From: Verrucomicrobiota bacterium
GTDB lineage: Bacteria; Verrucomicrobiota; Verrucomicrobiia; Limisphaerales; UBA9464
Reading direction: 5' to 3'
DNA: 64,000 nucleotides
Assembly (NCBI GenBank): GCA_947454705.1
Contig: CANGKZ010000021.1
Span: 472-64,471 of the forward strand
The notes under the pieces are model-generated. The model did no database searches. It was not told the DNA's origin and saw nothing but the letters and a program-made list of their open reading frames with translations. Below are positions 1 to 8,944 of the stretch, one piece after another. The position numbers and the translations under genes are program-made. How positions within the stretch are numbered: the first letter of the stretch is position 1; the number at the start of each line of letters is the position of its first letter.

Positions 1-412
1 AGAGCGGCGTGCTCAGGGGTTTGTCGCGGTTGCGGCGGACGTCCTGATCGAAGGCTCCCACGATTTCGAAACCCTCCTGTTCGAATCCGCGATAGCTCAA
101 CAGCGCAGTCCCGAGATTGCCGACGCCGATCAGCACTACGGGCTGGAGCCGGTTGGTGCCGAGCAGATCGGTGATCATCGTGGCCAGCTGGTCCACGTCG
201 TAGCCAAGCCCGCGGGTTCCAAACTGACCGAAGTAGGTGAGATCCTTGCGGAGCTGGGTGGGCTTCACCCCGGCGGCGCGGGCGAGGGCCTCGCTGCTGA
301 CGGTCTGGAGCTGATTCTGACGCAGGCGTTGAAGACAGCGCAGGTACACCGAGAGGCGATAGATCGTCTTTCGGGGAATTTCAGGCCGGCCCAGTTTCTT
401 CACGTTCCGCAT
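1..412 (-). CDS. rex: Redox-sensing transcriptional repressor Rex (N-terminal ~137 codons; C-terminus runs off the window edge)
   Basis: Own reverse-strand translation from the ATG at 412-410: MRNVKKLGRPEIPRKTIYRLSVYLRCLQRL..VSSEALARAAGVKPTQLRKDLTYFGQFGTRGLGYDVDQL..VVLIGVGNLGTALLSYRGF. This gives a winged-helix domain plus the start of the Rossmann GxGxxG, the typical Rex layout. It is absent from the ORF track because it is open at position 1. Confidence 0.8.
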   Translation of the reverse strand, partial: MRNVKKLGRPEIPRKTIYRLSVYLRCLQRLRQNQLQTVSSEALARAAGVKPTQLRKDLTYFGQFGTRGLGYDVDQLATMITDLLGTNRLQPVVLIGVGNLGTALLSYRGFEQEGFEIVGAFDQDVRRNRDKPLSTPL

Positions 413-483
413 ACGTTAGGGAAGGCACTGGCCGTGGAGCAAGAGATGGTGTGGAGAATTGCCGGTAGGAACCGGGCCCGGGC

Positions 484-3318
484 TCAATCGACGAACACGA
501 ACTCGTTCGCCGATAGCAGCACCTGCGCGTACTGCTCGAGCGGCGTGAGCGAATTTGCCTCGCTGCCGGAGCGCTTGAGGAATTCGCGTCCGAGCGCGCG
601 CTCGGTGTCCGCCGGGCGGCGTTGGAAGGCGACCTGGTACATCCGCTCCAGTTTTTCCTCGGGCGTGGCGGCGGAGGCGACGGCGGGTTGCGACACAAAC
701 TCGCGGGCCCGCGCGGCCATGAACGGGCTGTTCAACAGGAACAACGCCTGCTGCGGCACCGTGGTTTGAAAGCGCATCGGCGCGGTGCTGTCGGGACTCG
801 CGAAATCAAACGCCCGCAGCAGCCCTGGGAGGTTCTGTCGGTCGATGAATCCATAGAGTGTCCGGCGCGGCACGCCTGCACCTTCGAACACCGTGACCGG
901 TTGTCCGCCGACGGTTCCATCGAGGGAGCCCGACGCGGCCAGGAGGCTGTCGCGCAGCGCCTCGAAGTCGGCGCGCTTTCGGTTCATCCGCCACAGATCC
1001 TGGTTGCTGGAATCGATCGTTTCATTCTTCGCAAACGCGGCGCGCACAGCGGGGTCGGATCCTGGATCGCTCGCCTGCTGGTAGGTTGCCGACAGCAGCA
1101 AATACCGGTGCAGCGCCTTGAGGGACCAGCCGTGATCCATGAACCAAACGGCCAGATGATCCAGCAGTTCCGGATGCGTGGGCGGATCGCTGCGGACTCC
1201 GAAATCGCCCGGCGTGCGAACCAACGGAGCGCCGAAATGGAGCGCCCATACGCGGTTCACCAGCACTCGTGCGGTGAGCGGATTGTCCCGGCTTGCGATG
1301 GCCTCGGCGAGTTCGAGTCGTCCGCTGCCTTTGGTGAACGGCTTGCGCTTGGATCCGGAGACCACTTCGAGGAACTGCCTCGGTACCCGCGGACCGTGGT
1401 TCCCTGGATTGCCACGTTTGAAGACCACCGGTTCGACGGGATTGGGTTTGTCCAAAAGCGCCATGGCTCGCAGGGGGGCGCCAGGATCCGTGGCTTCCAA
1501 CTCCTCGATCTTCCGTCTCAGCGCGCGCGTCTTCTGCGCGACCGGCGTGGCAAAGAAGCGGTCGATCCCGCCCACCGATTCCTGAATCGGAGAATTCGCC
1601 GCATAGAGAACTTGTCGGAGTTCCTCGGCGTCGGGATTGGCGAGGGCCTTCGGGAGGGGTTGTGATTGAGCCTTGGCGGTCTGGACCTGATTGGTCCAGT
1701 CGGCATCCACCCGCTGAAAGACCGATTGGTATTGCTTGGACAGATCTTCGAGCGATTGCGGCGGATGCGCCCGCAGGGCCTCGGCCACCAGCGGATTCAC
1801 CGTGGGTTGTGCGCCCGGCGCGAGATGGGAGTCGATCCACGACCGCGCCTGGTTGGTGAAGCCCGCGGCAGGTAGCGCAGCGAGGGCAGTCCAGGGACCA
1901 AAGACGCGATGGGGCGCCGCCTTCCACGATTCGATGCGCGACTTCCACGCGTTGGCGAGTCCGGGATCGAGGCTGCGGGTTCGGGCCAGTTCCTCGGCTT
2001 TTCCGCCGTCGAGGGCCATGGATTCCTGCGCGGTGCGGAGATACTCGCCGATCTGGCTGCGGAGTTTCGCGAGGATTTCCTCCGTGCGATCGGCCCGGTA
2101 TTTCGCCAGCTCGTTTTCGCGACGCTGGTGTTCTTCCGCGTACTTTGCGGCGAGGAAGGGATTGGGATTCGGCCCGAGCAGCGGTTTTTCCGACGGCTCC
2201 TGGCTGCTGTCGAGAATGCCGTAAAGCGAGTAGTAATCCTCGGTGGGAATGGGATCGAACTTGTGATCGTGACAGCGCGCGCAGGCGACGGTGAGTCCCA
2301 TGGTGCCACGGCAGATGACGTCGATCCGGTCGTCGATGATGTCCGTGTTGTTGTTGAGGAATCGCCGCCCGAGGGTGAGGAATCCCTGGGCCGCCATGGG
2401 CCAGGGGTTTTCCTTGGTGGCGATCTGATCGCCTGCGATCTGCGCCACCAGGAACCGGTCGTACGGCAAATCCTCATTGATCGCCCGAACCACCCAGTCG
2501 CGATAGGTGTAGGCGTAGGCGTATCGGCGCTCCTCTTCGAAGACGTATCCCTTGGAATCGGCATACCGAGCCACGTCGAGCCAGTGGCGTCCCCAGCGTT
2601 CGCCGTATCGGGGGGATGCCAGCAGTCGGTCGATGGCGTTGGCATACGCGGCGGGGGAAGGGTCCGACACAAATGCCTCCATCTCGGCGGGAGTCGCCGG
2701 CAAGCCTGTGAGGTCGTAGGTGATCCGACGCAGCAAGGTGCGCCGATCGGCCTTGGGCATCGATTGAAGACCCGCCTTCTCCAATTTGGCCCGGACCAAT
2801 CGATCCAACGGGCTCAGCGATTCCTGGGCCTTCGCCTGCAGCTCGGGAATTGGAGGAGCCACGGGGCGCTGAAACGCCCAATGGGAATCCTGCGGACGCA
2901 CCACGGTGGAGTCGTCCCGCGGATCCGCAGCTCCGGAACGAACCCAATGCGTGAGGTCCGCGATTTCGGCGGGCGTGAGTCCGTCGCCCTTTGGCGGCAT
3001 CCGATCCAGGTCCTTGGCTGCGCCCTTGATCGATTGAATCAGCAGGCTGTCCTCCGGTTTTCCGGGAACCAAGACCGGGCCGGATGCGCCACCCTTTTGG
3101 ATTCCGGAACGCAGATCCAGTCGCAGGTTACCCTTAACGGACTTTGCTTTGGCACTGTGGCAGGAATAGCATTTTTCAGCCAAAAGGGGGCGGATCTTGT
3201 TCTCGAAGAACTCGACCTGCTCGGCGGGAAGCGCTGCGGCCGAAGCGGTTTCCAACGACAACACCGCGAGGAGGGAAACTCCGAGTCGGAGGAAGAGTGT
3301 TCGAGTAGATGACATCAT
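484..3318 (-). CDS. Secreted PSCyt1 / DUF1549 (PSCyt2) / DUF1553 (PSD1) family protein
   Basis: 944-aa ORF with signal peptide MMSSTRTLFLRLGVSLLAVLSLETASA and a CxxCH motif (EKCYSCHS) near the N-terminus. The long conserved body and the C-terminus ..LLSANEFVFVD are typical of planctomycete/verrucomicrobial PSD1 proteins. Confidence 0.9.
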   Translation of the reverse strand: MMSSTRTLFLRLGVSLLAVLSLETASAAALPAEQVEFFENKIRPLLAEKCYSCHSAKAKSVKGNLRLDLRSGIQKGGASGPVLVPGKPEDSLLIQSIKGAAKDLDRMPPKGDGLTPAEIADLTHWVRSGAADPRDDSTVVRPQDSHWAFQRPVAPPIPELQAKAQESLSPLDRLVRAKLEKAGLQSMPKADRRTLLRRITYDLTGLPATPAEMEAFVSDPSPAAYANAIDRLLASPRYGERWGRHWLDVARYADSKGYVFEEERRYAYAYTYRDWVVRAINEDLPYDRFLVAQIAGDQIATKENPWPMAAQGFLTLGRRFLNNNTDIIDDRIDVICRGTMGLTVACARCHDHKFDPIPTEDYYSLYGILDSSQEPSEKPLLGPNPNPFLAAKYAEEHQRRENELAKYRADRTEEILAKLRSQIGEYLRTAQESMALDGGKAEELARTRSLDPGLANAWKSRIESWKAAPHRVFGPWTALAALPAAGFTNQARSWIDSHLAPGAQPTVNPLVAEALRAHPPQSLEDLSKQYQSVFQRVDADWTNQVQTAKAQSQPLPKALANPDAEELRQVLYAANSPIQESVGGIDRFFATPVAQKTRALRRKIEELEATDPGAPLRAMALLDKPNPVEPVVFKRGNPGNHGPRVPRQFLEVVSGSKRKPFTKGSGRLELAEAIASRDNPLTARVLVNRVWALHFGAPLVRTPGDFGVRSDPPTHPELLDHLAVWFMDHGWSLKALHRYLLLSATYQQASDPGSDPAVRAAFAKNETIDSSNQDLWRMNRKRADFEALRDSLLAASGSLDGTVGGQPVTVFEGAGVPRRTLYGFIDRQNLPGLLRAFDFASPDSTAPMRFQTTVPQQALFLLNSPFMAARAREFVSQPAVASAATPEEKLERMYQVAFQRRPADTERALGREFLKRSGSEANSLTPLEQYAQVLLSANEFVFVD

Positions 3319-3500
3319 GAACGCGGCCGGGGCAGGGGAGCCATTCTCCTGAACGGGTGCCGGAAGTCAAAACGCCGACGCAAGGAACGGTATTCAATCC
3401 CATCCCGGGATTCTCCTTCCGGTCCGGGAAATCGTTCGCTGTTGATGGGGGGATTCTGCCCGGGAATTGACCTTATGCGCACGAAAGGCACACTCAGGCG

Positions 3501-5117
3501 ATGGCTGAATCGATCGTCGCAGGTGGCTCGAATTCGTCCGGGGGTGGAATTGCCTCCTCGGTGAATCGTTCGTTTTTGCTGCTGCTCGGCGGTTTGTGGG
3601 CTTGGGCGGTTTCAATCAATCTGCCGTTCTGGGATACGGATCCCAACTACTCCTACGGATTTGTGGTCCCGCCGTTGGTGGTGTTTTTCCTGTGGAAACG
3701 GCTCGGTAATGAACCGCCGGAGTTTTGGAATTTTTCGTCTGCGGGTACTCCCGGACGAACCTTTCCCGCGTGGCTTCTGGCGTTGCCGGGGTTGGCTCTG
3801 TTTCCGGTGGAGGTCTATCGAATCGAATACCACCAGTCCGGAATCGTGCTCTGGGCGATCAACCTCTCCACGGTTCTTTTCACCCTTGCCGGGGCCTACT
3901 GGCTGGGAGGACGGGTCTTGTTGGGGCGCGTGCTATTTCCAGTCCTGTTCTTTCTGACTGCGGTGCCGTGGCCCGCCAAGATTGCCGTTCCGTTTCAGCA
4001 GATGCTGATGACGGGAGTCGCCCAGGTGGTGGCTGAACTTCTGTTGTGGTGTGGGATTCCTGTGAGCCTCGACGGAGCGGTTCTTCATCTGTCGAAGGGC
4101 ACGGTGGGCATCGTGGAGGCCTGCAGCGGGATTCGTTCGATTCAGTCCGGACTCATGGTGAGTCTTGCCGTGGGCGAGCTTTTGGGGATTGTCCGATCCC
4201 GGCGCTATGCGTTGGTGACGTTCGCGCTCTCACTGGCGCTGCTCAGCAACCTGGCCCGAACCTTCACCCTGTGCTGGATCATGGAGCATCAGGGGGACGA
4301 GGCGATGCACCATCGTCACGATATGGTGGGCAACATCGCCATGTATTCGCTTTATGCGCTGATCTACCTGATCGGAAAACTACAGGAGCCGAAGGGAGGC
4401 GCGCCCTGGCCGGATGGCTCCGGCAGCTGGAAGGAGCGGATGATTCGGCTTCGTTGGAGTCAGGTTCCGGATGTCCGTCCGCTGCTGGGTATCACGGTTG
4501 CAATGTTCGCGGTCGTTCATGGCTGGTATTACGTGCTGAAGGTTCGCGCGAATCCGCAGACCACCCCGTACTTCACGCTTCGCCCCGGGTTTGAAACCAA
4601 CGGCGTCGTGAAGACGGAATTCGACTCGGATGTCTGGCGCCGGCTTGGGGCGAACGATGGCGAACAGGTTCGTAAGAAGACGGCGCTCGCGCCCATGGGA
4701 ATTGCCGATGCATATCACCTGTTCTGGCGCCCTTCCCCCATGAGCAAGATCGCGCTCCACCATCGGCCGGACATTTGCATGCCCGGTTCCGGTTGGGTTC
4801 AGAAAGGGGAGGTGGAATCCATGGAGGTCATGCTCGATGGTCGATCCCTTCGGTTCCTGGTGTTCCGCTTCGAACGTGGAGATCTTCGCGCCGTGCAGGT
4901 CTGGGGCGTTTGGAGAAATGGAAAGCCGGTGGAGATGGATTACTCGAATCGGTTGACCGCATTGCCGGAAAAGTACCGGCCCGTTCCCAGCGAACGTCAT
5001 TTGATGGGCGTGGAGCTGGTTTCGCTGTTCATTCCGTATCAAGGCGAAACCCGGCCTCCGGCTTCATTGATTCAAACGCTGCTGCCTCAGCTCTTTTCGT
5101 ATCACGCCCCGGAGTGA
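3501..5117 (+). CDS. Exosortase (EpsH/Xrt family) fused to a C-terminal EpsI-like domain
   Basis: 538 aa. The polytopic N-terminal half carries the exosortase active-site motif IVEACSGIRS (Cys208), NLAR (Arg253) and an HHRHD histidine cluster. After another TM (aa ~328-346), the C-terminal ~210 aa carry HRPDICMPGSGW, the signature I associate with EpsI (DUF3485/TIGR02914). Confidence 0.85.
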   Translation: MAESIVAGGSNSSGGGIASSVNRSFLLLLGGLWAWAVSINLPFWDTDPNYSYGFVVPPLVVFFLWKRLGNEPPEFWNFSSAGTPGRTFPAWLLALPGLALFPVEVYRIEYHQSGIVLWAINLSTVLFTLAGAYWLGGRVLLGRVLFPVLFFLTAVPWPAKIAVPFQQMLMTGVAQVVAELLLWCGIPVSLDGAVLHLSKGTVGIVEACSGIRSIQSGLMVSLAVGELLGIVRSRRYALVTFALSLALLSNLARTFTLCWIMEHQGDEAMHHRHDMVGNIAMYSLYALIYLIGKLQEPKGGAPWPDGSGSWKERMIRLRWSQVPDVRPLLGITVAMFAVVHGWYYVLKVRANPQTTPYFTLRPGFETNGVVKTEFDSDVWRRLGANDGEQVRKKTALAPMGIADAYHLFWRPSPMSKIALHHRPDICMPGSGWVQKGEVESMEVMLDGRSLRFLVFRFERGDLRAVQVWGVWRNGKPVEMDYSNRLTALPEKYRPVPSERHLMGVELVSLFIPYQGETRPPASLIQTLLPQLFSYHAPE

Positions 5118-5144
5118 TCGCTCCCTGCAATCGGATCTCAGACC

Positions 5145-6908
5145 ATGGAACCCAATCCTTCTTCTTCGCGCCGTCCCTCGAGCCGGGTGCGGGTGGTAAA
5201 AGCCAGCGGCATGCTCGAGGATGCCACCGTATGGATTCGCCGCATCGGAATCGCTTTTGCGGTGATTGCAGCGCTCGCCCTGGTGGCAAAGTTGGTCTAT
5301 GGACCGGCCAAGGTGGTGTGGGGGCGTCGCTACGCTGCGGCCTCGGAAGAGCTGTGGAAGGCTGGGAAGTACGAAGATTCAGGGCAGAAACTGCGCGCCG
5401 CTCTCCAGTTCGCGCCGCGTGACACCTCGGTGCTTCGATGGGCGGCAAAGTATTGCGCCCAGGCGGGGCTCGCCCAGGGGCTTAACTACTACGAAATGCT
5501 GATCGGGAGCCGGCAGGCATCCCGGGAGGATCGGGTCGCCTACGTCGAACTTGCGCTCCGGCTCAATCGGGTCGATCTGGGCGGACGGGAATTGACCCAA
5601 CTGTTGGGCGTTGAACCGGAATCCATCGATCTCCTCGTTCTCCTTGCCAGTCAGCAACGGATGGCCCGCGACATGGATGCGGCAGTCCGTACTGCCCGTC
5701 GGGCCCTCCAGCTGAGCCCTTCGTCCCTCCGGCTTCAGCTGCTCCTCGGATCCCTCCTGCTGGAGCATCGGAGCCACCCCGAACTCGCTCCTGAGGCTCG
5801 TCGCCTCTTGATGGGGGTGGTGGTGTCGCATGGTCCGGAGTCCGCCGATGCCGCGATTCGCCTGGCCTCCACCCGTGGCTTGGCCCGGGGGGATATCGAG
5901 GTGCTCATCAAGTATTTCAACGAGTTCCCCCCTCGCTCGATGTCTGAGCGTCTCCTGGCGATGGATCTCAAGCTGATGTCCAATCCCTCAGCCAGCAATC
6001 GGATGGTTTCCGACACTGTGATCTCGCTGCTGCCGGAGCTGAAAACGACCAACGTGGCTGCGGTGATCAATTGGTCCATTCTCCGGGGCGGCGCCGCTCA
6101 ACTTCTTCAAGGACTCCCCGGAGGCCCATCCCAGACCAACGTCACCGTTCTCGCGCTTCGTGGCGTGGCGCTCGCCGAGATGGAGAATTGGAACGAGCTG
6201 GACGCCCTTCTTGAAAGTCACGCGAGCAAGTTCGAACCCTTCATCGTGGAAAAGCTCCGCGGGCAGTCGGCCATGGGACGCGGCAAAACCGCCGAGGCTC
6301 AAACCCACTTCCAGGCGGCGATTGCGGCCAACGGAGTCCAGGGCTCGCAACTCCGGGCCTTTGCCAGGGAACTGGAGGCCATGCGGCTTCCCGTGGTGGC
6401 GGCGCAGGCCGATCTCCGGGCGATGAGCCTCGGCACCCGGTCGGGCGATGCCTCGGTGGTCTTGAACGCCGGATTGGAAGTGCTCCGCCTTCTCGCGCCG
6501 ACCGACGAGGCGCAAACGATCCGCGACACCCTACTTCAATTGAGCAAGGCGCTCCCCGGGGACGACGCCCTCGCCGGGGAACGAGCCTGGTATGACCTGA
6601 TGTTCCGGGATCAAATTGACTACTCCACCGGCGTTGCCCGCCGTCTTCACAAGAACAATCCCAACGAGGTCCAGTGGCGCGTGCTTCTCGCGCTCGCCGA
6701 ACTTCAATCCAACCGGCCCAACGAGGCCTTGCAACTGTTGGAGGAGCCGCCGATCGATTGGTCCAGGGCGCGGCCGCGTTGGAAGGCGGTTTATGTCGGA
6801 GCCCTTGGAGCGGCTCAGCGACGCGAGGCGGCCCGCCGTTTTGCTTCGCAGATTCCCGAGGGAAGTCTCAAGTCAGTGGAGCTGCAGCTCGTGACTCCCT
6901 GGCGCTGA
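5145..6908 (+). CDS. Membrane-anchored TPR-like repeat protein (possible PrsT-like exosortase-system partner)
   Basis: 587 aa, starting 27 nt after the exosortase stop. It has one N-terminal TM (IGIAFAVIAALALVAKLVYG). The rest is Leu/Ala-rich helical repeats with TPR-like periodicity. Confidence 0.6.
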   Translation: MEPNPSSSRRPSSRVRVVKASGMLEDATVWIRRIGIAFAVIAALALVAKLVYGPAKVVWGRRYAAASEELWKAGKYEDSGQKLRAALQFAPRDTSVLRWAAKYCAQAGLAQGLNYYEMLIGSRQASREDRVAYVELALRLNRVDLGGRELTQLLGVEPESIDLLVLLASQQRMARDMDAAVRTARRALQLSPSSLRLQLLLGSLLLEHRSHPELAPEARRLLMGVVVSHGPESADAAIRLASTRGLARGDIEVLIKYFNEFPPRSMSERLLAMDLKLMSNPSASNRMVSDTVISLLPELKTTNVAAVINWSILRGGAAQLLQGLPGGPSQTNVTVLALRGVALAEMENWNELDALLESHASKFEPFIVEKLRGQSAMGRGKTAEAQTHFQAAIAANGVQGSQLRAFARELEAMRLPVVAAQADLRAMSLGTRSGDASVVLNAGLEVLRLLAPTDEAQTIRDTLLQLSKALPGDDALAGERAWYDLMFRDQIDYSTGVARRLHKNNPNEVQWRVLLALAELQSNRPNEALQLLEEPPIDWSRARPRWKAVYVGALGAAQRREAARRFASQIPEGSLKSVELQLVTPWR

Positions 6909-6986
6909 CCCGCGCTCCGGTCCTTCTCTGGTCGGGCGGCGTTTCCGGGCATTGAAAAGTGCCGGAAACCCCGCCACGTTGACTCC

Positions 6987-7766
6987 GTGTTCGCCCTATT
7001 CGACGAATTCCGAAATCCTTCCCTGCTTCTCGGCAACCCGGTTGCCTGGATTCTCATTGGATTTCAGTTGTGGATGATCATCGATGCCGTGCGTCGAGAG
7101 GAGTGGATCTGGGCCGTCTGCATCTTCTTCTTCTCGGTCATCAGCGCGTTGCTCTACTTCTTCCTCGTGTATCGAGCCCAGGGACCTGCGGCGGGCGCGG
7201 GACTCACCCGGGGATTCGAGCTCCCCGGGGCGCAGGAACGACGACGTATCCGGGAGCTTCAGGGACGGATCCACCATCTTGACAAGGCCCGCGATCACCT
7301 CGACCTCGCCGACATCTTTTTCAGCCAGGGCAAACTCAAGCAGGCCGAGGCCAGTTACCGAGCCTCGCTCGAACGGGATGGCGAGGACATCGATGCCATC
7401 GCCCATCTCGGCCAATGCCTCCAACGTCAGGGCCGGTCCGCCGAAGCCCTGCCGCTGCTCGAGCGGGCCATTGCCTCGGATTCCCGTCACGACTATGGGC
7501 ACACCCTGATGGCCCTCGCGGAAACCCAGACCGCCCTCGGAAATCCCGGGGCCGCCTTCACCACCTGGCAGCGCGTGCTGGAGAATCATGGATACGCCCG
7601 CGCCCGGGTTCAATTTGCCGAACTCCTCATCGCCCGCGACGATCGCGACCGGGCCCGCGCCGAGTTGAATGAAGTCGTGTCCGATGACGAACACGCCCCG
7701 CGGTTCCAACGGGGACGCGACAAACCCTGGATTCGCAAGGCCCGCGCCTTGCTGGCCCGATTGTGA
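6987..7766 (+). CDS. PLDc_N (cardiolipin-synthase N-terminal membrane module) fused to TPR repeats
   Basis: 259 aa. The N-terminal two-TM segment WILIGFQLWMIIDAVRREEWIWAVCIFFFSVISALLYFFLVY matches my memory of the PLDc_N domain. TPR-like repeats follow (..LADIFFSQGKLKQAEASYRASLERDGEDIDAIAHLGQCL..). The stop overlaps the next start (GTGA at 7763-7766). Confidence 0.65.
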   Translation: MFALFDEFRNPSLLLGNPVAWILIGFQLWMIIDAVRREEWIWAVCIFFFSVISALLYFFLVYRAQGPAAGAGLTRGFELPGAQERRRIRELQGRIHHLDKARDHLDLADIFFSQGKLKQAEASYRASLERDGEDIDAIAHLGQCLQRQGRSAEALPLLERAIASDSRHDYGHTLMALAETQTALGNPGAAFTTWQRVLENHGYARARVQFAELLIARDDRDRARAELNEVVSDDEHAPRFQRGRDKPWIRKARALLARL

Positions 7767-8905
7767 CCGGCACCGCTCCGAACCACGACCGATGGCTGCC
7801 CGACGGGCGTACCTATTTTGATTCGCTCGAAGCGGGCCTGCGTGCCGCGGTTCGTTCCATCCGGCTAGAAACCTATATCGTTGCGAACGATTCGACCGGA
7901 TGCCGCATTCGCGACGCACTGGTTGCCGCCGCCCGGCGCGGGGTGTCGGTGTCGGTGCTGGTCGATGGACTCGGGGCGGGTGAGCTTCCCTCCGATTGGT
8001 GGAACCCCCTGGCCGATGCGGGCGGAAAGGTGCAGGTGTTCAATCCCACCACCTCGCGGCGCATCGGCATCCGGGACCACCGGAAGCTCGTGGTGACCGA
8101 TGACCAGCACGCTTGGATTGGAGGAATCAATCTCGCGGACGAATACGCGGGAGACGGTCTGCACCAAGGCTGGGCGGATCTCGGCTACAAACTTCACGGG
8201 GCCCCCGCGGCGCAGCTTGCCGCGGAGTTCGATGCCATGTCGGCCGAATGTTCCGAGACCCAACCCAAGGTGGTCATCGGACGTATCCGACGCGGCCCGC
8301 GTCCTCCCGCCCGCGACCTTGCCCCGGGAATGCAGTTGATGCTCAGCGGCCCCGGCCGCATGGCCAACGCGTTCCAGAAAGCCCTGCGTGCGGATGTTTC
8401 CTCCGCCCAGCGCGTCCAGTTTGCCGTTGCCTATTTTCTTCCGGGCTACCGCATGCGCCGGTTGCTGCGCGGCATTTCCGTTCGTGGGGTGCCCGTGCAG
8501 ATCCTGGTGCCGGGGCGCAGCGATGTGGCCATCGCTCGGCGTGCTGCGCGTCATCTCTATGCCAGCCTGCTTCGATCGGGCATCGAACTGTGGGAGTACC
8601 AACCGCAGGTGCTGCACGCCAAACTCTTCCTGACCGAGCGTGCTGCGTATGTGGGTTCGTCAAACCTCGACACCCGGAGCCTCCACATCAATTACGAGCT
8701 GATGCTTCGTCTGACTGATCCCGTCCGAGTGGCCGAGGGACGTCAGATTTTCGAGACCCTTCGTTCCCGCGCGAAACGCGTGGATCCGGTCGCCTGGTTT
8801 CATTCCCGTTCCTGGCTCGAACGTTGGCGGGATGGGCTGGCCTATTGGATTCTCTCCCGCGCCGATCCTTACGTCACGCGCTGGCTGGCGATGGATCCGC
8901 GCTGA
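7763..8905 (+). CDS. Phospholipase D / cardiolipin synthase-like phosphatidyltransferase (two HKD motifs, no TM)
   Basis: 380 aa. First HKD is DHRKLVVTDDQHAWIGGINL. Second is VLHAKLFLTERAAYVGSSNLD (HxKx4E variant plus GSSN). There is no N-terminal TM, giving a ClsB-like soluble architecture. Confidence 0.85.
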   Translation: MTGTAPNHDRWLPDGRTYFDSLEAGLRAAVRSIRLETYIVANDSTGCRIRDALVAAARRGVSVSVLVDGLGAGELPSDWWNPLADAGGKVQVFNPTTSRRIGIRDHRKLVVTDDQHAWIGGINLADEYAGDGLHQGWADLGYKLHGAPAAQLAAEFDAMSAECSETQPKVVIGRIRRGPRPPARDLAPGMQLMLSGPGRMANAFQKALRADVSSAQRVQFAVAYFLPGYRMRRLLRGISVRGVPVQILVPGRSDVAIARRAARHLYASLLRSGIELWEYQPQVLHAKLFLTERAAYVGSSNLDTRSLHINYELMLRLTDPVRVAEGRQIFETLRSRAKRVDPVAWFHSRSWLERWRDGLAYWILSRADPYVTRWLAMDPR

Positions 8906-8944
8906 GTTCGCGCCGACGCCAACGCCGGGTCGATCCTCCGTGGA

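Noticed and set aside
413-483. Rex operator or terminator between the PSD1 gene and rex.
   Set aside because: There is no TTGTGAA-n6-TTCACAA-like box. Only a short CCCGGG-centred palindrome is present, which is too weak to call.
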